Virus record (IMG/VR): IMGVR_UViG_3300043446_003193
Coordinates: 124,001-188,000 of that record
Length of the DNA: 64,000 nucleotides
Reading direction: 5' to 3' (one strand)
The translations under genes were made by a program, and so were the position numbers. Below the pieces are notes generated by a model. That model was given only the letters and a program-made list of their open reading frames with translations. It was not told where the DNA came from and made no database searches. Positions 38,582-47,600 of the stretch are shown here, piece by piece. The stretch's first letter is position 1; each line of letters opens with the position of its first letter.

Positions 38582-41500
38582 TTATTCATAAAAAATACCA
38601 AGTATCTGATTTAATGGTGCGAATGTACCTGTAAGTTTATATGTTTTTCCATTATAAAAGAATACCAGTCCTTCATTTGCCACTATTCTTTCAATTCCAC
38701 CCAATCTATTCAATCTACTCAATTCTTGTTTTAATTTTTGAATTTGTGCAGGATTGCCAGAAGTTTTAACTTGATCGGCAACTGTTTTTAATCGTGATTT
38801 CATTGAACGAATTGCCTTATCAGGATGAACCGTCAATACACTACCAACAAATTCTAAAACATCTGCACCTACTCCTAAAAATATTTCTTCAAATGGTTTG
38901 ATATTATCTTTTTGTTGTTTTGCAACATTTACTTTATCATTATTCATTGCCCAGTCTTGTAACTTAGGATTTGATATTGTATTTAATCTAAAAGATTTAT
39001 CACCAAATGCCCATCTTCTAATTAAAGCTTCTTTTGTAAGTTTATCAACTTTAACAGGTGCGTTTGATGTAATCCACCAATCCCACCAACTTTGATGATA
39101 ATCTGCTACATTATCTGAATCTTTTAATCCAAATTCGGATTGTAATTTTGAAATCTTAGAAAGATATTTTGATTGTTTAGAACTTAAATCTTCTGATTTT
39201 GGAATTTCAGTTATTGGTGGTCCTTGAATTGTGTATTTAGATTGAACATCTGCATTTACTTGCTTAATCATACCTGCTAATACACTCTCTGCTCCATCCA
39301 CCTTACCAACAGCGTTTCCTTTTTCATCATATTCTATACAATTGTGAAATACTAAAAGTGCTTGTCCGTAAGGAATAACATTTACCGAAGTTGGCCAAAT
39401 TACTTCAATATTCATAAATTTGGTTCCTTCACCAAATACTTTTTCTCTTTGTTTTTGAGATAATGCAGATACTGCTGCTGAAAGGTCTTTCATTGCGTAA
39501 TTATATGCATCTGTTAAACCACCTCTTCCGCCAAATTTTGATGCAACATCTTCAATGCCCATTGCACTTGCTCCACCATTTGATAAATGTCCTTTATTTC
39601 TAGCTGCAATTAATCTACCATTTTTCCAGCTGATTGCTAACGCCTGTCCATCGGTTTTTTCTCTTACTACACCTAAATCCCCATTAAGTGCTTTTGTAAC
39701 GATATCTTTAAGGTGTCCAAATGTCAAATCCATATCATCAAATGGATGACTCATATGACCATATGCCCCACCTTCCATTAATAGACCTTCTTTTAAAAAT
39801 TCAGTTGGTTTTTCATCAAATCTAGGTAGGTTTCTTGCAGAATATTTTACAGTATATTGGGTTTCATCTTCATCACCCCATATTGCATCTGCTATTGGAA
39901 AATCCATCTGCGTATATCCACCACTATAATACCAATCATCTCCTTTATTTACACCATCGTCTGCGTCTAATTTTCTAGTATGTCCTTTTGGTAAATAAGC
40001 ACCATCGGCTTGAGAATCTGCATCAGCTAATCCACTTATTTCATTTATATACATTTCAATATCTTCGTATAATTTTGAAATTTGTTCGTCAAAGTTAGGT
40101 TTGATGTTTAATTCTTTTTCCATTTTAGTTATCTCATCATATCCCATATTTCTCAATGATCTTGCAACATCATTTGCTTTATATCCGTTTGGATTTCCGA
40201 ATAAGTATGCATTTATTCTTTTTCTGAATGTTGAATTTTTATATGCATCAATTAAATTTTTAAAATGAACATCATTGGAACCCATTTCATCTATTTTACG
40301 AAATGTAGTTGCCTGTCTTCCATTTATTGTTGGCATTCCATGATCATCCTTTCCAATATCTTTAACTTGTACCTTTTTATTTTTAAACTTACCCATTAAA
40401 ATAGTATCACCCGTATCAACATCTACATTAACATCTTCTTTGTTAATTTCAATTGCTGCCAGTTGCTTTTTAGCAGATGCTAACGAATCATGAGTTCCTA
40501 ATCTATCTCCACCATTTTTTGGATATACAACATATTTGTCACCAACTTTTTTTATGGTTTCGTTTACATTTTCATTGTAGATTTGTTTGTTGATTCTACC
40601 ATATTCTCTCATTAGAATTCCTGCAACTGCATGTGCTTGGTTTTCTATTGGAGAACCATCTGCACCATCTTTTTCTAAATTTCTAACTAACCCCAATTCA
40701 TCTTGCTTTCTATGAACCATTTCATGTGCAAGAGTTCTTAGGATATCTGCTGTTAATCTACCTTCGGTTGCAACATATATGGATTTATCTTCAGGATTAT
40801 ATCCACCTAAACTTGTTTTTACTTCTGCGAATTCTCTTCCACCAACTAATGTAACATTTGGTGTTTCTTTTAATTTTAATCTTTTAGTTGCAAATTCTAC
40901 AAAATGTTGAATAGATTGTTGTTTTGTTTCTGATAAATTTTCATTTAAAGAAAACTTACTAATCATTTTTTTATTATTCCAACTATCTGCTATTTTTTCC
41001 GCAATTTCAGGAGTAATATCCATATTTTCTATTCTTTCTGCAATTGCGGCTGCAAATATATTTAGTGCACTTGCTTCATCAATATCTTCGGCAAAAATAG
41101 CAGCTTTTCCTACACCAGTTGCAACTACTTCTGTTACAGCATGTGGTATCAATTCCATAGCCGTATGTTTTACCAACCCAGCAGCACCATGTGCCAATCC
41201 GCCACCAACTGCTGCAAATAATGCTGTTGTAGCTATTTTAATACCAACGGATTTTAAAGCTTTTTTCTGCTTATCATCTAATTTACCACCAGCCATTAAA
41301 GTTTTTACACTACTACCAGCTGTTTTAAATGTATCATATTCATGCTTCAAACCATGCATAATTGCATGTCCAGCACCTTTTGCTTTGTCCATTATAGCCT
41401 GACCCCAACTTCTTCTCTCATCGTGTCCTTCTTTTTTATTTAATAACTTAGAAAAAGTTTGTTTTTCTTCTTTACTCCAATTTTTTACTTTTTCTTGTAT

Positions 41501-42667
41501 TCTTTTTACTTGACCTTCTTTTGTATTTCCTGATTTTTCTTTTTGTGCATTTTTTTCAGCATCAGATTTTAATTCTACACCAGATAATTTTTGTTCTGGA
41601 GGCGGACCTTGTTGGGTATCAGAATCGGTTCCTATTGGAGAAGTTTTTTCTTTATCTATTTTTCCTTGAGTGGTTTGTCCTTGTTTTGTTGGTTGTCCAG
41701 GCTCAGATGGTTTAGCTGCTTGAGTTGCTGCTTTTCCAGGTTCTTCTTTTTTCTTTGGTTGATTAGCAGGAGCATCGGCTGGCCCAGCTATTTTAGCAGC
41801 TTGAATATGTGCAGGATGCTCTTTAGGTAATCGTAATGCATCTCTTGCTTTAATTTTCTTTTGTTGTCCTTTTGAATTTGTATATGTTATATCAACGTCT
41901 AATGCAGGATTTTCAGCTTCTCCAAAATATTGATTTGTAAATTCTTCAAACATTTCATTGGTAATGTAGTTTTGAATTATTTCAGAAATAGGATCATATA
42001 CATAATCATCGTCTGTTGTAGCTACTGCTCTAATTTCTTTATTCTTTTTTTCAATAGCCTCTACATCTTCTTTTGAAGGGTATCCTCTATATAATTCTTC
42101 GTTAAGTTTGGTTGTTATCATTTTGAATATTTCTCTATCAAATTTTGGATATGCTTTTAAGAAAAACTTTTTAGCTTTTTCTTTATCATTACTTCCCAAT
42201 CCTTTTCTAACTTGAGTTCCACTAATTGGATTTGGTTCTGGAGGGATAGGATATGTATAACCAATTTCATCATAACCATATCCAGATTTTCCGTTATATG
42301 GTTTGAAATATTTACCTTGTAACCTTGTTGCATCTTTTTCACCAACTGCTGCAATATAAGCAGTAGTTTTTCCATCAAACTTTCCAAGTATTTCTACCGG
42401 TCTATATGGGTTAGAAACTTTAACAAATTTTGAAGCAGGAACTCCAAACATTGTAGTTGCTATTTCTTTTTTTTCTTTAAAAGTAAATGGTGATTTATCT
42501 GAAGATGTATCATTAGAACTTGCTATATAGACATTTGCTTCTCCAAACTGAGAAACTAATCTTTGATACGCATCATAATGTCCTCTGTGAAATGGTTGAA
42601 AACGACCACCGTATATTACGATAGTTTTTTTAACCTCTGGTTTATTCACTTCTTTTATTAAATTCAT
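38582..42667 (-). CDS. Multidomain protein: HxGH nucleotidyltransferase + HExxH metallopeptidase-like + RNA-ligase-like (DUF6267-like) domain
   Basis: YGGRFQPFHRGH at the N-terminus; LRTLAHEMVH mid-protein; C-terminal GHMSHPFD...EKTDG...EGLVF...YKLTG. Confidence 0.75.
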   Translation of the reverse strand: MNLIKEVNKPEVKKTIVIYGGRFQPFHRGHYDAYQRLVSQFGEANVYIASSNDTSSDKSPFTFKEKKEIATTMFGVPASKFVKVSNPYRPVEILGKFDGKTTAYIAAVGEKDATRLQGKYFKPYNGKSGYGYDEIGYTYPIPPEPNPISGTQVRKGLGSNDKEKAKKFFLKAYPKFDREIFKMITTKLNEELYRGYPSKEDVEAIEKKNKEIRAVATTDDDYVYDPISEIIQNYITNEMFEEFTNQYFGEAENPALDVDITYTNSKGQQKKIKARDALRLPKEHPAHIQAAKIAGPADAPANQPKKKEEPGKAATQAAKPSEPGQPTKQGQTTQGKIDKEKTSPIGTDSDTQQGPPPEQKLSGVELKSDAEKNAQKEKSGNTKEGQVKRIQEKVKNWSKEEKQTFSKLLNKKEGHDERRSWGQAIMDKAKGAGHAIMHGLKHEYDTFKTAGSSVKTLMAGGKLDDKQKKALKSVGIKIATTALFAAVGGGLAHGAAGLVKHTAMELIPHAVTEVVATGVGKAAIFAEDIDEASALNIFAAAIAERIENMDITPEIAEKIADSWNNKKMISKFSLNENLSETKQQSIQHFVEFATKRLKLKETPNVTLVGGREFAEVKTSLGGYNPEDKSIYVATEGRLTADILRTLAHEMVHRKQDELGLVRNLEKDGADGSPIENQAHAVAGILMREYGRINKQIYNENVNETIKKVGDKYVVYPKNGGDRLGTHDSLASAKKQLAAIEINKEDVNVDVDTGDTILMGKFKNKKVQVKDIGKDDHGMPTINGRQATTFRKIDEMGSNDVHFKNLIDAYKNSTFRKRINAYLFGNPNGYKANDVARSLRNMGYDEITKMEKELNIKPNFDEQISKLYEDIEMYINEISGLADADSQADGAYLPKGHTRKLDADDGVNKGDDWYYSGGYTQMDFPIADAIWGDEDETQYTVKYSARNLPRFDEKPTEFLKEGLLMEGGAYGHMSHPFDDMDLTFGHLKDIVTKALNGDLGVVREKTDGQALAISWKNGRLIAARNKGHLSNGGASAMGIEDVASKFGGRGGLTDAYNYAMKDLSAAVSALSQKQREKVFGEGTKFMNIEVIWPTSVNVIPYGQALLVFHNCIEYDEKGNAVGKVDGAESVLAGMIKQVNADVQSKYTIQGPPITEIPKSEDLSSKQSKYLSKISKLQSEFGLKDSDNVADYHQSWWDWWITSNAPVKVDKLTKEALIRRWAFGDKSFRLNTISNPKLQDWAMNNDKVNVAKQQKDNIKPFEEIFLGVGADVLEFVGSVLTVHPDKAIRSMKSRLKTVADQVKTSGNPAQIQKLKQELSRLNRLGGIERIVANEGLVFFYNGKTYKLTGTFAPLNQILGIFYE

Positions 42668-42670
42668 GTC

Positions 42671-42679
42671 TATAAATAT
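42671..42679 (-). promoter_or_regulatory. Putative late promoter motif ATATTTATA
   Basis: Ends 3 nt before ATG 42667. Confidence 0.55.
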
Positions 42680-42720
42680 CTTAAATGTTGTACTTTTAGC
42701 TTTTTAGTAACTTTTTTAAT

Positions 42721-42751
42721 CAAACATAGTGAAAATTTTTGAAATTTCCAA
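42721..42751 (-). promoter_or_regulatory. Bacteroidota housekeeping-sigma promoter
   Basis: Minus strand TTG-N20-TATGTTTG, a full match to the -33 TTG / -7 TAnnTTTG consensus, upstream of 42667. Confidence 0.7.
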
Positions 42752-44140
42752 TTAAAGTTTTACATTTATCATCCAAGCATTTTCTGCAAATTGTTCTTTT
42801 GATACTAATTCGTATTGAACTTGATTTATACCATCTTCCTTATAATTTATTTTTCCTTCCTGCATTTCCTTAACAAATCTTCTTTCGTTTTTTGCAGTTG
42901 GTTCACCCTTTATCCATTCTCCATTTACAAATCCCTCACTAGGATGTGGTAATGCGTAAAATCTTCCATTTCTTCTATATGGTGTATTATTACTACTTAC
43001 TTTAAATGTTTCATTTGTTATCTCTACATTATGTATCAATAAATCAGAAATTACATTATTTTTATCTTTTAAAAAATCAGATATATTTTCAGGTAAAACT
43101 ACATCATTGTAAATTTTAATATCTGCAATCTTTCCTTTTAAATAATTTGCTATAATTGGATTACATTCACTGCATGGATTTTTACCAATTAAAATATCAT
43201 TATTATATTTTTTTAATTTACCTTCAAATTCATGCGGTTTATATTCCAATGTTTCTGTTCTTGTATTTTTAATTAAATTACTATTACAATAAAAATATAT
43301 TTTATTTTCTTTAGAGTCTACCGAAACTGTTATCCATGTCCATTCTCCAAATCCTCTTTTTATCCATGCATAAATTTGATTATCGTTTTGAGAATATAAA
43401 GAAGCGGATATTGCTCTAGAATTATTAAATCCTATAAAATAAGATTCTTTTTTATCTATACTTAAAATTGGATATTCTACATATCGTTTATCTTTTATAC
43501 CTATTAACCATTCTTTATATTTTTCAGGCTGATCTTCAATTTTACACAAAATAGATAATGTATGTGATTGGGATAATAATTCCGATATACCAGTATCTTT
43601 TGGAATCGTTATATAAGAATTCTCTCCATCAAAATTAAAACAAGGAATATCATTGTATTCAAAAAATAAATTATCTTCTGTTAATCCTTCAAAACGACAT
43701 CTCCAAAATAGGTCATCATCTTCCATACCCCAATCCCAATATTCATTAGAGTAACCATTTGTTGCTTCTACCTGTTCTTTATTCATTAATACAACACCAC
43801 CGAAGTATTGTTCATAGTTTAATCTATATTTGTATTTAGATACGGCGGTTGCAATATGTGTTGGAAACTTGTCTGGATATGAATAATCACAACTATCGTT
43901 TTCCGGTAACATATCTACATCGTGAAAAGCAACATAATCACATCCATCTTCAAATGCATGTTTGGCTGCAATATTTTTCATCGCACCTCTATTGAATAAT
44001 TTATCATCCGTTTGGTGTACAATATAAAATTGATGTGGAATTCCTTTTTTGTTTAAAAATTTTGTAAGATGAGGAACTAACATTTTAAGATGATATTCCC
44101 TATCTCTATAAGGAACACATATTCCGAGTTTTTTTATCAT
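42752..44140 (-). CDS. GT7 (beta-1,4-galactosyltransferase-like) glycosyltransferase with inserted LamG/ConA-like domain
   Basis: VPYRDR..HL, FNRG, FHDVD, YFGGV, NGYSN.YW.WG.EDDD GT7 motifs; insert with FNFDG..SYI...W..ITV...GKIADIKIYN; GT7 C-terminus resumes at RF..LPH...DGIN.V.Y. Confidence 0.85.
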   Translation of the reverse strand: MIKKLGICVPYRDREYHLKMLVPHLTKFLNKKGIPHQFYIVHQTDDKLFNRGAMKNIAAKHAFEDGCDYVAFHDVDMLPENDSCDYSYPDKFPTHIATAVSKYKYRLNYEQYFGGVVLMNKEQVEATNGYSNEYWDWGMEDDDLFWRCRFEGLTEDNLFFEYNDIPCFNFDGENSYITIPKDTGISELLSQSHTLSILCKIEDQPEKYKEWLIGIKDKRYVEYPILSIDKKESYFIGFNNSRAISASLYSQNDNQIYAWIKRGFGEWTWITVSVDSKENKIYFYCNSNLIKNTRTETLEYKPHEFEGKLKKYNNDILIGKNPCSECNPIIANYLKGKIADIKIYNDVVLPENISDFLKDKNNVISDLLIHNVEITNETFKVSSNNTPYRRNGRFYALPHPSEGFVNGEWIKGEPTAKNERRFVKEMQEGKINYKEDGINQVQYELVSKEQFAENAWMINVKL

Positions 44141-44142
44141 AA

Positions 44143-44607
44143 CTATTTTCCTTTAGGAGACACATAAATTGTATCTCTTATAAGTATTTGTTTTTCCGTA
44201 TAAGGAGCATATACGGATGTATTATAACATTTAATATCTAAAAAATGACCAGCTTTTGTTGTTGGCATATTGACATATTCTATATTATTTATTTCTATTT
44301 CATTTAATTTATAATCTAATATTTTTATATTATTTCCTTCCTTTATTTGGGTATATAATTCATTTATTCTTATTTCCAATATTTCATCTGATTCATTTTT
44401 ATATAAAACATATGAATCTGGATGAAAAATAATTCCATCAATTTTGTAATAGTTTGGTTCTTTCAAAACTTTAGTAAACTCTATTGTTGCGGTTTTATAT
44501 TTTTCCTCAACAGGGCAATATCCTGTTAATGAGTTTACCTTTGGCTTTAAATCAATAATATTTTTAATTATTAATTCGTTATATTTTATATTCTCAAATA
44601 AATTCAT
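44143..44607 (-). CDS. Hypothetical protein
   Basis: 154 aa ORF packed between the Hint-domain gene and the GT7 gene. Confidence 0.6.
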   Translation of the reverse strand: MNLFENIKYNELIIKNIIDLKPKVNSLTGYCPVEEKYKTATIEFTKVLKEPNYYKIDGIIFHPDSYVLYKNESDEILEIRINELYTQIKEGNNIKILDYKLNEIEINNIEYVNMPTTKAGHFLDIKCYNTSVYAPYTEKQILIRDTIYVSPKGK

Positions 44608-44609
44608 AA

Positions 44610-47600
44610 TTAAGGAGTTATTTTACCACCTGGCCCTAAAACGTTGTGTACTAATATATTATTTGCAAAGTAAGTATCATTTGTTTCAACATCTAATGAA
44701 ATAAATTCATCTAATTCATCAACTCTTATTTTTTCTTCAATCATTTCCCAGTTACCATCTAAATTATACATCATATCACCAACTATAACGTCTTCTGCTC
44801 TTAAAAATTTATATTCATTATCTCTTTTTATAAAAATAGGATGTTCAAAAGTTATTTTTAATTTATCATTTATTACATAATGATAATGCCAGACTCCACT
44901 TGTAACAGATTTTACGGCACTCATAGAATCTACATAATCAAAAGTATTTGTAGAAAATGTTTTCCATGCATCTTCTTCTTCAGAAAATCCATCAATAGAA
45001 ATATTTTTTAATAAATCCCCTTCTATCAAATCTTCAACATTTTTTTCACTACCATCCCACATTAAAATTTTTGTACCTTTTGCTAAACACGTTCCGCCAC
45101 CTGTACAATCACAACCTGCTCCTGTGTATTTATATATCAAACAAGAGGAATTTGCTGTTCCAGAACACCCACTTTCAGATACTGCATATATTTCATAATA
45201 TATTGGGTTATCACATGCAATACTACTTATACTAAAAGCATATGATGTACCAAATGAACGAGAACCTTGATTTAATATACTACCTTCCGGTCCATAATCA
45301 AATGTACATTTATACCAAACTACATAATAAGTCGCCGCATTTTGTGCGTTTGCAGTACCTGTTCTGGAAAATGCGTATGTTAAAGTACCACAAGTTGGAG
45401 TATCCAATGAAACAGTAGGTGCAGTTATATTTCCAGATGCAGCTACTGCATTATATGAAATTGCACTATTTGTTGCGGTTGTTGATAATAATGTATCTGA
45501 TGAATTATATATTTTCGCTCTAAAATACATAGTAGTACCACTTGTTAGTGATATAAAAGCAGCATAATTAGTATTTGCTGTAATACTTGTAAATGTTTCT
45601 GCCGCCGTCCAAGTTGAATTATCCGTACTTTTTTCTATTACCAATTTTGTAGCAGTATCAATTTGACCAACCGAATATGTAGCAGTTACTCCACCACATA
45701 CTACTGATTTAGATACAAATGATAATGTATTTACTACACCTCTATTTCTTAATACAATATAATAATCAGTTCCTTGAGAAGTATCTGTTGATGATTTTTG
45801 CCCATGTATACGATATGTAGTTGTTACTCCTAAAGTAGCACTACTTACAACTCTTGCAGCTAAATAGTAATTACCATTTGTATATGGTAGACTGTTTCCA
45901 GAAGTATCACCTGTATTATATAATTGGAAGGTTTTTATATTTAGCGCACCTTCACCCTGTTGTGGAGATGTATTATCTGCTGTTTCCCAAAGTCCATTAT
46001 ATGTGTTTTGAAACATTCTAAACATACCATATGCGCCGGTTCCTGGTGCATTTCCGGAATCTACTGATACTGTCATTGTAGTATACGCACCTGGGAAATT
46101 ACTCCAAGTGTATTTATTATCCATTGATAATACGGTATGTATGGATGCCAAAGCCTTTGTGTTCGGTTCTAAATTATCAAATGTAATTACAGAAGAATTT
46201 GTACTAAATGTACCGCCAGTTCTACCACTCCAGGTATCTAAATTTATAATTCTAGTAGGAGTATATGTTGGTCCTTGATATGCGTATATACCATATAGTG
46301 TTGCAGGGGTATTTAATGTAAAAGTATAATCTAAATCTTCAACTAATTGATTTGCAGTCCAACTAGAATATTTTATTGTACCCCAGTCATCGGTTGCTTT
46401 TACTCTCATTTTATATGTACTACCAAAACTCAAACCAGTAAATGTAATACCCGATTGTGTTGTAAGAACAGTACCATTAGTATCTGCTATTTGGTATTCA
46501 ACTGTTATATTATCAGCAGTTAAATCAATAGTTCCATCATTTGAATCATATGTTAATAATCCTGCATATATACTCATTTCAGTATATCCTTTTGTAAATG
46601 CTACACTAGGAGTTCCTGTTATTGATGCTAATCTTTTACCCTTTACTGTTATTGAAATATCTTTAGACCTTTCACTACCAGCATTAATATATAAAGTCCA
46701 TGCATTAGTTGTACCGGAGTAAGTATATAAGTTACCCCACCATGTATAAGTTACTGTTCCTCTTGATGAAGAACTTAAAGTAGTTTTTGATGTTGTTGCC
46801 AACTTTCTACAAAATGTAGTACTGGTATTTGTTCTTATCAAATAAGTGCCATTATACGGGTTTGCACCATTAAAACTAAGTGGAGATGCTTGCATTCTAT
46901 TATTATCTAACCAAACATACCAATATCCACCCTGTGAGTTTGTCTCAGTTGGACCGTTTGTTGTATATGATGCATCTAATGTAAAATTAACTCCTCTAAT
47001 AGCATATCCGTCAACAAACCCACTTCCTCCTTTTACCACATCAATTGTTCCAGGTTCTCTAGTAACAGTAACTGTTTTATTAGTTAAAGTATGATAATAA
47101 TATAATCCTGAACTTATTGTATATGTTAAATAAACCGAACCATATCCATCACCAATTGTAGATGAATTACAAATTGCATCATATAAACTAAGTGCAGAAA
47201 AAGAAAAAGAAGCTACTGAATCTGGGTCTATTTGTGCATCAGTTAAACTTTGTCCTCCCGCACTTCCCCCATTTGGATAATATGCATCCAATCTTGCAGA
47301 TATTTTAGTGAAATTGCCAGATGATCTGGTTACTGAAAAAACAACAGACTGAACTTGAGAAAGTGTACCGGAATTTATGTTAGATGTTAAAGAATATCCG
47401 TATCCTTGATTTGGATACCCATATACTGTCACACTTGTTTCATTAAAATCAGATTGTCTATATGTACCACCAGATGCTTTTACATGATAATACCAAGTTT
47501 GATCAGCAGATGGAGCAGTCCAACCATTATGTGCTGTTGTATAAGTACCACTATTCAAATCTGCATAAGTTCCTCCAGACCCTACTTTGTATTGAAAGTT

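Noticed and set aside
44643-45089. Canonical mobile intein
   Set aside because: No endonuclease domain, Val at the +1 position and a terminal location; treated as an autoprocessing Hint domain instead.
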